Numbered from the stretch's first letter, positions 1 to 8,909 are shown. The stretch: DNA of 64,000 bases from a virus (IMGVR_UViG_3300036884_000495:1-64000), one strand, 5' to 3'. Program-made: numbers and translations. Notes: generated from the sequence alone by a model not told the origin.

Positions 1-64
1 AGCCAACATGCAGCCGAAGTCTGTTCCGAGGCGTAGCAGCAGGATCTTCCTCTAGGAGAACACC

Positions 65-1405
65 ATGGCGAATCAGATTGTGTGCCTTTCGACAACCTAC
101 AGCGCCTCTGGCGACAGCAGCTTCACCGTCTCTGGGGTGTTCTGGCTCGTAGTGCCTGCGAACAACGTGGTGCCGACACCTAAGTTCCAAAGTCAGGTGC
201 CGTTCATCGACGCTGCAACGCTCGTGCAGTTGCGTGCGGGCACGCTATTGGAGCAGTCATTCACGACCGGGTTGTTCGTCACAGGAACATCGTTGGCCAC
301 CATTCAGAGTTCGGTGCAGGCATTGTTCACGACTGCGCAGACGGTGCTGACGAATAGTGCATCACCTCTCGCCGGGCTTGTGGGGACTGAGTACTCCGGG
401 TCTGCGTGGGTGACGCCGCCTCTTGGGGCAGTCTTCGACCCGGCTCAAAACCTGATCTCTGACATGTACTGGGCGGCTGCTTCAGGGAGCATCCCCGGAG
501 TGACCTCGGGTCGTGCGACAGGCTATTGTTCGACGAACTCGTCGACCGTGAGCAAACCAGTCCGTGGGACTGTGTACACGCCACAAGGAACAGCGGCACA
601 ACGAAGTCTCGTGAGTTCTTCCGCGGCTGATTCCGCAAGCGGTATCGGCGCGCAACAAGTGTCGGTCACGTTTCTCGACACCAATTTCAAGTTGCTCACC
701 GAGGTGGTCACCCTGAACGGCACTACTCCCGTGACAATGGGTAGCGCGAACTGCGCGTACGTGGAGTCGATGGTGGTCACTCGTGTGGGTTCCGCGGGGC
801 AAAACTGCGGGGCTATCTCGATACTCACAGGTGCGAGTTCTGGTACCGCATGGGGGTCGATTGCTATCAATCAAGGCACCCCGCTCACGGGCACGGTGAC
901 TACGACGACATCAAGTACTTCGATCACATTCTCAGTCGCACAGACGCTTCCACTAGGACAGAGTTTGTATTTCAGCGGCCAGGGTGGCATCCCATACGTA
1001 CTGGCGAGCGCGGTGGCTAACAGCACCACAGGCACGCTTACAACAGCGGTCACCGGTGCGGGTGGCGCAGGACAGACGACAGTCCTTGCGAACGGTGATA
1101 ATCAAACTATGTGGGCTCACCACTATGTGCCTGCAGGCGTGACTTGCTACATACTGTCTTTTGACATCTCCTCGTTCGCGTTACTAGGCACCGGACTTCT
1201 TTTGACGACAGGGAATCCTTCTGTAGCAAACCAACCCCTCATACAGGTCGGCCCCACGTTGCTGCATCCTGGGGGGGGCTTCCGTGAGCACAGTTTCACC
1301 GCGGCTCTCGCAGTGCCGGGCCCGAACATGATCCAGCTATGCACGCGCCCAAGTACCGCCACAAATGACACCAGTATGGGCAACTTCGAATGGATTCAAT
1401 TCTAG
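65..1405 (+). CDS. Putative virion structural protein (446 aa, S/T/G/A-rich beta-type)
   Basis: AGGAG RBS; long ORF with fibre/decoration-like composition; contains SSSAADSASGIGAQQVSVTFLD...TEVVTLNGTTPV, a segment type I recognise from phage virion proteins. Confidence 0.6.
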   Translation: MANQIVCLSTTYSASGDSSFTVSGVFWLVVPANNVVPTPKFQSQVPFIDAATLVQLRAGTLLEQSFTTGLFVTGTSLATIQSSVQALFTTAQTVLTNSASPLAGLVGTEYSGSAWVTPPLGAVFDPAQNLISDMYWAAASGSIPGVTSGRATGYCSTNSSTVSKPVRGTVYTPQGTAAQRSLVSSSAADSASGIGAQQVSVTFLDTNFKLLTEVVTLNGTTPVTMGSANCAYVESMVVTRVGSAGQNCGAISILTGASSGTAWGSIAINQGTPLTGTVTTTTSSTSITFSVAQTLPLGQSLYFSGQGGIPYVLASAVANSTTGTLTTAVTGAGGAGQTTVLANGDNQTMWAHHYVPAGVTCYILSFDISSFALLGTGLLLTTGNPSVANQPLIQVGPTLLHPGGGFREHSFTAALAVPGPNMIQLCTRPSTATNDTSMGNFEWIQF

Positions 1406-1416
1406 GAGGCATCGAA

Positions 1417-1611
1417 ATGAGAACGGTATTCATAGCTGCTTCCATCACGGAGTTGTTCGCCCTCACTGCGTTGGGGGTTGCGGGCACGCTGTATGACTCT
1501 GTTCCGCAGCCTATGCAGGCTTGGTGGACAGGGTTGCTCGTACTGCTACTCATTGTGTTCTTTGGCGCCGGGTTCACGATGGCCGTCAGCGCGGATAGGT
1601 ACCTGCGATGA
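1417..1611 (+). CDS. Small two-TM membrane protein
   Basis: AGGAGG RBS before ATG 1417; two hydrophobic helices; ATGA overlap with the next gene. Confidence 0.55.
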   Translation: MRTVFIAASITELFALTALGVAGTLYDSVPQPMQAWWTGLLVLLLIVFFGAGFTMAVSADRYLR

Positions 1612-2153
1612 GTTCACAAGTTGCACCCACAGAAACGGCACTCCCCTTGGAACTGAACGTGAGTGAGCTCGGCATCGGGGGGCTCACGGGGTTGTCTCCA
1701 ACGGTGGCCATTCGGAACATCTCCGCTGGTACTCCTGCACGCTACTTGGATTGGAACGACAACACGTTCAAGACTTCCGGGTGGACAACGAAGTACTCGG
1801 TACTCTCCGAGGTCGAACGCGGCACCTACCAGCGCACGCTGAACGTGGTCGCTCTCAGTCTGTCGGCAGGCACGAAGCTGTCGGCGGAATACCACGTAGA
1901 CAACGGTGCGGGCGTCGTGGGGGATGACTCTGAGGTCTTCGAGCTCGTAGCACCCGCGAGCAGCGCGGACACGGTGCTCCTTCGCAAGGGCCTCACGAAT
2001 CGAATGGAGGAGACCCCAGGCAACCCTGGGCAGATCACCCTCTACGACGACGACGGCACCACGCCGCTCCTACGGTGGCCCCTACGTGACGTCTCCGGGG
2101 GCGCGGTGACAGCGACGGCGGGCACGCCCGCAAGGCGCGGAGCAGGCACGTGA
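1608..2153 (+). CDS. Hypothetical (probable virion) protein, 181 aa
   Basis: Coupled ORF in the + strand operon (4-nt overlaps at both ends). Confidence 0.6.
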   Translation: MSSQVAPTETALPLELNVSELGIGGLTGLSPTVAIRNISAGTPARYLDWNDNTFKTSGWTTKYSVLSEVERGTYQRTLNVVALSLSAGTKLSAEYHVDNGAGVVGDDSEVFELVAPASSADTVLLRKGLTNRMEETPGNPGQITLYDDDGTTPLLRWPLRDVSGGAVTATAGTPARRGAGT

Positions 2154-2635
2154 GAAGCGGCTTTCTCGCTCGCTGCGGGATGCTGATTGGCGACGTCCTT
2201 ACCAGCTTCGGGTATGGCGGACTTTGGCAGGGCGGCGGGCACTATCCAGGGCCATGCACCGTCCTTGTGCCCGTATGGACGGTCGCCGTCGACCCCGTAG
2301 GTCTCGGCTTCGTCACACCAGACGTCAGGTCAAGACACGCCTATGTGAAGAACCCCAAGGGCAGCCTACTGATTGCGCCCGCGTATGCGGTGGCAGCCGT
2401 CGTTACGATCTTCGCACCGATACCGACGGTCATTACTACGCGGGAGCCTGTTAGCAAGCACAAGATAGTGAAGGCGCCAATACCCCTTCGCACCGTATGC
2501 CGAGAACCCAGAGGGGTGGCAACTGTGACACCAGCAGCCCCCGAGCCTGTGGCGGTGCGCACGCTGGTCCCCGATCCTGTAGGTCGCTGTACCGTAGCCA
2601 AGGATCCCGTAAGCGCGTACGACGGCTGCCCGTAA
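2150..2635 (+). CDS. Hypothetical P/V-rich protein, 161 aa
   Basis: GTGA overlap with the upstream gene; ends just before the terminator at 2641. Confidence 0.5.
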   Translation: MRSGFLARCGMLIGDVLTSFGYGGLWQGGGHYPGPCTVLVPVWTVAVDPVGLGFVTPDVRSRHAYVKNPKGSLLIAPAYAVAAVVTIFAPIPTVITTREPVSKHKIVKAPIPLRTVCREPRGVATVTPAAPEPVAVRTLVPDPVGRCTVAKDPVSAYDGCP

Positions 2636-2640
2636 TCGTG

Positions 2641-2672
2641 GGCTAAAAAAGAAGGGGAGCAGCCCCTTCTTC
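2641..2672 (-). terminator. Intrinsic terminator between convergent genes
   Basis: AGAAGGGG/CCCCTTCT stem; T-run followed by AGCC on the - strand. Confidence 0.7.
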
Positions 2673-2676
2673 CCGC

Positions 2677-3555
2677 CTACTCCGCGAGGATGTACGCGTA
2701 GTAGTTGTAGCAACCCAAGAGGGTAACTTGCAGTTTGACTGCAGTCCTCCAGTCGTCGTCTTCTGTGGGCCATTGAATGCGCACGAAGGACGCCGTGAAT
2801 TCTGCCTCGAGGTCGTGCACGCCTTCGAAGATACGCAGTGCCGTCGCCCGCACTTCGTATGCGGTATTTGACGGAACCGCCTGCTCTTGTTCGTCGGACT
2901 GTTGCTTCTGGCAGAAGCCAGAGGCACACGTGTCGATCTCGCACTTAGAAGCGAGCAGGATGCTCAGACGATTCGCCATTCCTTGAAGCGCCCGGTGGGT
3001 CACGTCGCAACCTTCCTCGGCCGCTTTCGTGTACTCAGGGATGTTCTCCAGCACGTACTTGCGAGTGATCTCAGACAGGTACTCCGTGCGCACCTGGGAT
3101 GCCTTTAGGACCATTGCTTGCTCTGTGTCCCAAGCAGTTTGCGCTTCTTGTAGCTGCGCGAGGAGCTCGTTGTGTTTCGATTGAACGCGAGGGTCGGCGC
3201 TGGGAATAGGGTTCATACGATAACCCCAGTCTTGTGTGGGGCGCGTGTACCCCGGAGGCGCGTACGTGTATGAGAGGAACTTTTGGATGTCCTCCTCCAG
3301 ACGCTCGACTCTCTTACGCTCTTCTTCTGCATGTTTCTCTGCGATCGCCTCAAGGGCAACGCACGTACTTTGGGACGTAGCATCCTCGACGTACAGGCTG
3401 GCGTAGCCGCAGGTGAGGAGTTCCTTCTTGGCGGGCTCTGAGAGGCCCGCCAGGTCGTTGTCAGTGAGCTCGACTTCCGTACCCCCGTAGTTGACACAGT
3501 TGCGGGCAACTGCAGATGCCTTCGTGATGCACACTTTGACTTTGATAGTTTCCAC
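2677..3555 (-). CDS. Hypothetical protein, 292 aa
   Basis: Long ORF; GTG start with an upstream AGGA; ends at the terminator. Confidence 0.7.
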   Translation of the reverse strand: METIKVKVCITKASAVARNCVNYGGTEVELTDNDLAGLSEPAKKELLTCGYASLYVEDATSQSTCVALEAIAEKHAEEERKRVERLEEDIQKFLSYTYAPPGYTRPTQDWGYRMNPIPSADPRVQSKHNELLAQLQEAQTAWDTEQAMVLKASQVRTEYLSEITRKYVLENIPEYTKAAEEGCDVTHRALQGMANRLSILLASKCEIDTCASGFCQKQQSDEQEQAVPSNTAYEVRATALRIFEGVHDLEAEFTASFVRIQWPTEDDDWRTAVKLQVTLLGCYNYYAYILAE

Positions 3556-3607
3556 TACGTACTTCTTTCCTCGCTCTCCGGCGAGATTGTTCGCGCTCCA
3601 TGCGCGG

Positions 3608-3747
3608 TGCCCTCGGGTGGACTCAAACCACCGGAGCGACCCTAATGAGACATGACTCTAACGACGTCATCACTCGCCGCTGGATACATCAGGATCGCCC
3701 GTCACCCGTTCGCGCCTCCACCCAGTAAAGGCGCGCGCTTCGGGGGC
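3608..3747 (-). ncRNA. tRNA-like structured RNA (acceptor stem plus T-arm, no anticodon arm)
   Basis: Intergenic. 5' GCCCCCG pairs with 3' CGAGGGC-A. T-arm GGTGG-TTTGAGT-CCACC directly abuts the acceptor 3' strand. Internal 11-bp and 14-bp stems. Confidence 0.6.
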
Positions 3748-3756
3748 AAGTTTGTT

Positions 3757-4131
3757 CTACGCTTCTTTCTTTGGCGGCGTAGCGAGTTTTACGGCAGGAC
3801 CGAGATGCAATAGGCACGCTTTGCACTCTAGGGGTTTCTCAGTAGGGTCGAAGTCCACAAGCGGATTTACGGCTTGGGCCTTTTTGCTAGCCGCGAACTG
3901 AGCGAGGGTACTGGAGAGGGCCGTAGTCCACGTGGAACCACAGCCTTCAGCGCTGCACGGTGTGCCCATGCAGCCATCCCAAACCCACGTACGCTTCGGG
4001 GTCGGTTCTGGAAATCCATAGCCAGTAACAATCTGCAAGCCTGGGTGTGCGTTTTCCCAGGCGGCTATTCTATTGCGTACTAGCGGCCCAGGCCAGGGTC
4101 CGCGCTTCTTTGTCTTCGGTTTGGTCGTCAT
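3757..4131 (-). CDS. Hypothetical protein, 124 aa
   Basis: AAGGA RBS; ORF in the - strand operon. Confidence 0.6.
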   Translation of the reverse strand: MTTKPKTKKRGPWPGPLVRNRIAAWENAHPGLQIVTGYGFPEPTPKRTWVWDGCMGTPCSAEGCGSTWTTALSSTLAQFAASKKAQAVNPLVDFDPTEKPLECKACLLHLGPAVKLATPPKKEA

Positions 4132-4247
4132 AGAACGTTCCTTTTCGATGTGTGAGTAGCCTGCTTTGGGCGCAGGGAAACCAAGGGCCTGTGCCCTTCA
4201 ATGTTGTTGTACCCGAAGGCGCCGCATAATTTATGTGTTACTTTGCG

Positions 4248-4283
4248 GGGCTAAAGTAAAACAAGGCGAACCTTGTTTTACTC
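4248..4283 (-). terminator. Intrinsic terminator
   Basis: 12-bp perfect stem AGTAAAACAAGG/CCTTGTTTTACT with a TTCG loop on the - strand, directly after the stop at 4289. Confidence 0.7.
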
Positions 4284-4288
4284 AGTGA

Positions 4289-4936
4289 CTACTTCGCGAC
4301 CAGGAATCTATCCTCGGGATAGCCGGCGTCGTCGACAACGGTGTCGAGCGTACCTGGTGCCCCGCACGCGGTGCCCGCAGGCATAGAGGAGATGACGTCA
4401 CACTCACCCCATGCTATGCCCCCGGGGGAGCCCTTGTTTGCGTAGCGAACAACCACACGTGTGCAGTACACGGTGCGCCTGCCAACGTCAGCGTACACAG
4501 ATGTGTAGACATCGCAGTATAGCGGCTGGCCGTCGCATACTTGCGGTATGGGGATAGCGCACCCTGCGGGGTATCCGGTAAGTGGATCACCCTCTATACC
4601 AGTGGAGCACACCATGGGCACGCTTACCGTGCACGGCGGGTCGACACCCGCTTCTGCAGCAGTAGCAGCGTCGGGCGCCAACGAGCCGCTGTCGGGTATC
4701 TGGGTGTCTGGCATTGCAGCATCCGCGGTCATGGTTGCAGACGCCGACGATGTCGACGACGAAGCCTGTGCGTCTGTTGAAACGCCTCCATCGGTAGAGG
4801 GAATGGGAGCTTCTGTTTCGAGTGCAGTACTGTCCCCACCTGTTTCGGCGGTGACGTAGATGTATTCGATGTTAGCGCCGCCACAGGCGGACACCATGAG
4901 CAATCCAAGAGTCAAAGCGATGTTTGAGTAGAACAT
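4289..4936 (-). CDS. Putative lipoprotein with a Cys-rich C-terminal domain
   Basis: AAGGAG RBS; lipobox-like signal MFYSNIALTLGLLMVSA-C; low-complexity D/A/S linker followed by several Cys. Confidence 0.65.
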   Translation of the reverse strand: MFYSNIALTLGLLMVSACGGANIEYIYVTAETGGDSTALETEAPIPSTDGGVSTDAQASSSTSSASATMTADAAMPDTQIPDSGSLAPDAATAAEAGVDPPCTVSVPMVCSTGIEGDPLTGYPAGCAIPIPQVCDGQPLYCDVYTSVYADVGRRTVYCTRVVVRYANKGSPGGIAWGECDVISSMPAGTACGAPGTLDTVVDDAGYPEDRFLVAK

Positions 4937-5007
4937 TTGATGTCTCCTTGTGGGGGTTTGAAGAGCAGAAAGGGCTCTCCCTTCATTGCTATTATGCCTG
5001 TTTCTGT

Positions 5008-5232
5008 TCAGTAATTGCCTGTGCGCTGCTGAGTGCCTAGCGCGCGCGTAACATACCCGCCATACGCTTCTTCCCACAGATATGTGCGCGCCTTACCCAG
5101 TGCAAAGAGCCAGTCCAAGCAGGTGCAGTCCGCGTAGTCCTCGATCAAAGCGTCAGGGGGCATGTGGTCGTAGTAGTCGTGTGGGCAACCTACTTGGGTC
5201 GTGCACCAAACCACAGTAGGATGCTCGGTCAT
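5008..5232 (-). CDS. Hypothetical protein, 74 aa
   Basis: ATGA-coupled to the upstream gene. Confidence 0.5.
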   Translation of the reverse strand: MTEHPTVVWCTTQVGCPHDYYDHMPPDALIEDYADCTCLDWLFALGKARTYLWEEAYGGYVTRALGTQQRTGNY

Positions 5233-5588
5233 TCCGATACAGCCTTTTGAATCCAGTGCCAGTACCCATCCCGAGGCTTCCCGTCTTCGTTGTACTTACA
5301 CTTGACAGTCTTGAACTGGCGCAGATCATCGGAGATGGCGATGCCCGCCCAATTGGGGCAGACCTTATGCGGGGCGTAGTAAGCGCACTCTGCACACCCC
5401 ACGTGCTTATTGCGCGGAACGCACTCCCCAACTATGCGGAGCACGGACAGTTTCCGCGCATCGATAGCGGCCAAGCGAGCGCGCAGGCTGCTGAACTCGG
5501 TAAGGTCCTCGCCGTCTTTCTTGTCGTATAATTCCTCAAGAGCATCCTCGAGGTGCTGTTCCAGCGTGCGCTTTTCGGGTTCGCTCAT
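5229..5588 (-). CDS. Hypothetical Cys-containing protein
   Basis: AAGGA RBS before ATG 5588 (MSEPEK); coupled overlaps. Confidence 0.55.
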   Translation of the reverse strand: MSEPEKRTLEQHLEDALEELYDKKDGEDLTEFSSLRARLAAIDARKLSVLRIVGECVPRNKHVGCAECAYYAPHKVCPNWAGIAISDDLRQFKTVKCKYNEDGKPRDGYWHWIQKAVSE

Positions 5589-5755
5589 TTGCCTTCCTTC
5601 TTGTACGGGCACACACTCACGGTGGGTGTTCGGCATGTGTAATCAAACGAGCAGAGTACTTGCCCGCTTCTGTGTGCATCTAGTTTCCACTGGGCGCGCA
5701 TACAGCGTACGGAGCACGTACCGTTTTCTTCTGGCGCTGGCTCTTTACTTTCCAT
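5585..5755 (-). CDS. Small Cys-rich hypothetical protein (56 aa, below the ORF-track cutoff)
   Basis: Translated by hand: MESKEPAPEENGTCSVRC...CPYKKEGK; AAGGAG RBS; fills the gap between neighbours. Confidence 0.5.
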   Translation of the reverse strand: MESKEPAPEENGTCSVRCMRAQWKLDAHRSGQVLCSFDYTCRTPTVSVCPYKKEGK

Positions 5756-5963
5756 TGAGGACTCCTTTCAACGCGAGAAGCCCCTTGTGTTCTGGGGCGG
5801 CAGCAAGGCGCACGTCAAGCCATGCACGTACAGCATTGAGCTTCATATGCAGGTGGCGGTTTTCGGCTCTAAAAGCAACGAGGGCCGCTGCATCCGCACA
5901 TCGGATGCAGTAGCCGTCGCTGTCGATCATGTCCCCGCAGGATGCGCAGGAGTATCGAGTCAC
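5745..5963 (-). CDS. Small Zn-ribbon protein
   Basis: CASC...CIRC; GTG start overlapping the upstream stop. Confidence 0.5.
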   Translation of the reverse strand: MTRYSCASCGDMIDSDGYCIRCADAAALVAFRAENRHLHMKLNAVRAWLDVRLAAAPEHKGLLALKGVLNGK

Positions 5964-6355
5964 TTCGCGGGGTCCTTTCCGCAGTAGTCCTGCTGGCACA
6001 TGTCGTAGAGTGCTTGCAGCTTGTTCTGCGCCTTGGGGTTGACCCAGGTGGGGTCTATAACCACTTGCTCTATGCACTTCCAGGACACCGAGCACGTGTT
6101 CGTAGTCGGTTCCTTTGGTGCAAGCGCGTTGCGCACGATGTTCGCGACGTCAGCGAACGTATCCGAATTCCACTGTTCATTCTGCTCCCCTGCGGGCCAC
6201 AAGAGATCGCCAAGCATCAGAAGAGCCCCGTGGTGGCGCTCTACCAGATCGAGACGTCGATAGAAGGCCGCCTCGTCTTCTTCTGTGCCCTGACACGAGA
6301 TGTACGTGTAGTGAGCGGCGAGGGGTAGTTGCGACGGATCATCAATAATAGGCAT
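5960..6355 (-). CDS. Hypothetical protein
   Basis: GGAG RBS before ATG 6355 (MPIIDD). Confidence 0.55.
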   Translation of the reverse strand: MPIIDDPSQLPLAAHYTYISCQGTEEDEAAFYRRLDLVERHHGALLMLGDLLWPAGEQNEQWNSDTFADVANIVRNALAPKEPTTNTCSVSWKCIEQVVIDPTWVNPKAQNKLQALYDMCQQDYCGKDPAK

Positions 6356-6373
6356 AGAAAACTCCATACAGTA

Positions 6374-6424
6374 GAAATAAAAGTGCGGCACGTACAGCCC
6401 ACCGAAAAAAGCCGTACGTGCCGC
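6374..6424 (-). terminator. Terminator/attenuator hairpin in a leader region
   Basis: GCGGCACGTAC/GTACGTGCCGC stem followed by ACTTTTATTT on the - strand. Confidence 0.6.
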
Positions 6425-6503
6425 GGGTACTCCGAGTGTGACCCCGGAGAAGTGTTTGTAGCACCACTAGGATGCCTTCGATGTTGTTATACCGGAAGAG
6501 CCT

Positions 6504-6794
6504 TCAGTCTTTCAGTACAGGTAGGTAGCGACGGCGCCTTCTTGGGAGGGTTGTAGACCCGATGCTTACCGAGACGTCTACGAGATGGGTGTCCTGTGGC
6601 GCGTCTGGTGCTATTTGTTTGTAGGCTGCTTGTTCTTCCTCGGATAGTTGCCACCACAGGGCATCTAGGCGATCCACGTATGCGGACTCGGTGTCCTCCG
6701 GTAGCACGCCGTTGACGCCATCCAATTCGCGAACAAGCAGCAGCTCACCCAGAAGAGCACGATAGCGTTCTAGGTTTGTAGTAAGGGCATCCAT
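6504..6794 (-). CDS. Hypothetical protein, 96 aa
   Basis: ORF with natural composition in the - strand cluster. Confidence 0.5.
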   Translation of the reverse strand: MDALTTNLERYRALLGELLLVRELDGVNGVLPEDTESAYVDRLDALWWQLSEEEQAAYKQIAPDAPQDTHLVDVSVSIGSTTLPRRRRRYLPVLKD

Positions 6795-6876
6795 CAGTTG
6801 GTCACCCAGTACAGAACACAGACGCCAACGATAATGAGCGCGATATCAGTAATCACCCGTGCGCGGTGTTTATCGG

Positions 6877-7176
6877 TCACGGCGTGACCTCGTGTGAGTA
6901 CTCCGGTGCAGTAGGCTGTTGTTCGACGAAACGCTTGACGTGTTCGAAGGAGCCCTTGGCTTTTTCCTTCGTCGTGGTGCTGGCAACGTAGCGAACATGA
7001 ACGGTCATGCGCTTCGTGCGGGCGAGTTCCGCCAGTTCTGCGACACCACGCTCTCGCCCGAGTTCGATGCCCCGTGCGAATGCGTTTCGTTGTCCTTTAC
7101 GCCAAAGCCAGCGAAAGAGATGACCGAGGCAGAAGAGGGCAGCGGCAACCGCCGCCCAAATCATGGCCTCTCTCAC
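6877..7176 (-). CDS. Membrane-anchored hypothetical protein
   Basis: N-terminal TM helix; AGGAG RBS; GTGA overlap. Confidence 0.55.
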   Translation of the reverse strand: MREAMIWAAVAAALFCLGHLFRWLWRKGQRNAFARGIELGRERGVAELAELARTKRMTVHVRYVASTTTKEKAKGSFEHVKRFVEQQPTAPEYSHEVTP

Positions 7177-7547
7177 ACGTGCTCCTGAACGAACCGCACC
7201 CAGTCGTGGTGAACGCCTGTATCGTGCATACGCTTGTCAAGCAACTCCATGATCGCGGTAGTGTCTTCCACGCTCAAGATGCTTGGGATCTTGACGAAGA
7301 TGGTGATGTCCGAGTGCGCGCACTTGGAGCAGCGGTACTCCGAGCGAGCCTCAAGGCGGGGACGCCCCGGGCCGCAGACGTCACGGATAGCGATGGCGCC
7401 ATCGAGAAGAGTCGCCACGATACCTTTGTCGTTGATGATAGCCTCCATAAGGTACGGCAGGTCTTTCTGCTCTGGCAGGTTGTAGAAGCCCGACAACTTA
7501 TGGATGTTGGGGGACATGGCTTCTGAATTCATGTGTTCTTTGGGCAT
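7173..7547 (-). CDS. Hypothetical protein
   Basis: GGAG RBS before ATG 7547; coupled to neighbours. Confidence 0.55.
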   Translation of the reverse strand: MPKEHMNSEAMSPNIHKLSGFYNLPEQKDLPYLMEAIINDKGIVATLLDGAIAIRDVCGPGRPRLEARSEYRCSKCAHSDITIFVKIPSILSVEDTTAIMELLDKRMHDTGVHHDWVRFVQEHV

Positions 7548-7801
7548 CAGGGATTCTCCGGTGTGACTGGGTTGGCGTCGATAAGGACTCCCTCGGCGTC
7601 GAATGTCAGGTCGTAAAGATCTCGATGTCCGACAGCCCAAGAAGTAAGAAGGCCTTCCTCGCTAGGTCCGCGAGTAAGTTTGAAGCGACGTGGGTAGTGA
7701 CTACGCTGTTCTGGTTCTGTACACAACTGCGTTTCGTCGTTGAAGCTCTCGATGGCTGTTATGTGTACGCGGAGGGTCTTTGGTTTCTTACTTGCTGGCA
7801 T
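7547..7801 (-). CDS. Hypothetical protein, 84 aa
   Basis: AAGGAG RBS. Confidence 0.55.
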   Translation of the reverse strand: MPASKKPKTLRVHITAIESFNDETQLCTEPEQRSHYPRRFKLTRGPSEEGLLTSWAVGHRDLYDLTFDAEGVLIDANPVTPENP

Positions 7802-8066
7802 GTATCTCCTTTGCTTGCATAAGGGCCCCTGCCGCGACTAGTGCGGCCAAGACGGTAGTACAGACGTCCACCCGCCCCTGCCGCTTGAGGATGGCATCGT
7901 CGTCGATGACGACAGAGGTGCCGTATCCGCGCCGCATGTCTACCCGTCGCATGGTGCGCATCTTGGCAAGGCCCTGACGTGCTAGGCGTAGGGCCTCGCG
8001 CAGGTCGCCCTTCTCCTGCGCCTTCTCATAGGCCCTATCGGCCCTGGTCTTTCTCTTCCTATCCAT
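7788..8066 (-). CDS. Basic hypothetical protein, 92 aa
   Basis: GAAAGGA RBS. Confidence 0.55.
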   Translation of the reverse strand: MDRKRKTRADRAYEKAQEKGDLREALRLARQGLAKMRTMRRVDMRRGYGTSVVIDDDAILKRQGRVDVCTTVLAALVAAGALMQAKEIHASK

Positions 8067-8080
8067 CGTGTTCCTTTCAC

Positions 8081-8115
8081 AAAGAAAAACGGCACCTTAC
8101 TTTCGTAGGATGCCG
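8081..8115 (-). terminator. Intrinsic terminator
   Basis: CGGCATCCTAC-GAAA-GTAAGGTGCCG followed by TTTTTCTTT. Confidence 0.65.
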
Positions 8116-8135
8116 CTATCGCTGTCTGCGCGCAC

Positions 8136-8345
8136 TTAGCGTTGTGTGCTCGTTGTTGTGGGCGCCTTGAAGTCTTCCCAAGCGAGCAAAGCCATCGCAT
8201 AGCGTTCGCGGGCGCCCCAAAGGCATGTGGCGTACTTACCTGCGGTATTCCCGTTATCGGTGACCGCCCGCCAGTCCTCGAAGGATTTTCTGGCTTCCTC
8301 TAGTTCAGCGTGCAACTCACGCTCTTTGGAAAACGCATCGCTCAT
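8136..8345 (-). CDS. Hypothetical protein, 69 aa
   Basis: GAAAGGA RBS. Confidence 0.55.
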   Translation of the reverse strand: MSDAFSKERELHAELEEARKSFEDWRAVTDNGNTAGKYATCLWGARERYAMALLAWEDFKAPTTTSTQR

Positions 8346-8357
8346 GGTCGTTCCTTT

Positions 8358-8909
8358 CTAGTAGTCGTCTGGCGTGTTGAGCATCATCTCGATGCGCTTC
8401 GCGCGAAACAGTCGGTGTCTGGACTCATTGAAGCCCCAATCACAGCGCCCCGATGCGTACAGGTTTAGTAGGGCGTACTCGTTGGTTGTGGCGCATGCAA
8501 AGCTCATACGAACAATGGCGAGTTCTGTGCGGATGCATTTCTTGCGATCGGACGTGAGGTCCTTACCGGTCCATCCATCAGGGGCACCGTATGTGACGGT
8601 CCCGTCCTCGTTGATCCGGATGCGTCCCTTCCCGATGTTGATTTGTGCGAGGCACCACGACGAGCCCCCATCTCCTTTGCGTGAGCCTTCATCGACATCG
8701 CGGCGAAAGCCGCTTTCAAAGGACATGATGGAGAGCAGCACGGCATCCGTTTTGATGCGCGAGTCATCGTCGTCATACAGCGGCTTTTCCGAAGACGTGA
8801 CGTCATAGATATCTTGCGCAATGGACTCGTGGCGAGCAGCTTCCTGGACGCTCGTAGTCGGCGCATAGGTTTCGATGACGGCAACGATGATGGGAATAAG
8901 TGCGTTCAT
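8358..8909 (-). CDS. Lysozyme/lytic-transglycosylase-like protein
   Basis: SLT-like motifs: helix ending FESGF (catalytic Glu), GDGGSSWCLAQI, LNLYASGRC; GGAGG RBS. Confidence 0.5.
   Translation of the reverse strand: MNALIPIIVAVIETYAPTTSVQEAARHESIAQDIYDVTSSEKPLYDDDDSRIKTDAVLLSIMSFESGFRRDVDEGSRKGDGGSSWCLAQINIGKGRIRINEDGTVTYGAPDGWTGKDLTSDRKKCIRTELAIVRMSFACATTNEYALLNLYASGRCDWGFNESRHRLFRAKRIEMMLNTPDDY

Noticed and set aside
3608-3747. Canonical tRNA or tmRNA
   Set aside because: No anticodon arm, no G3.U70 pair, no tag ORF, and the length fits neither.
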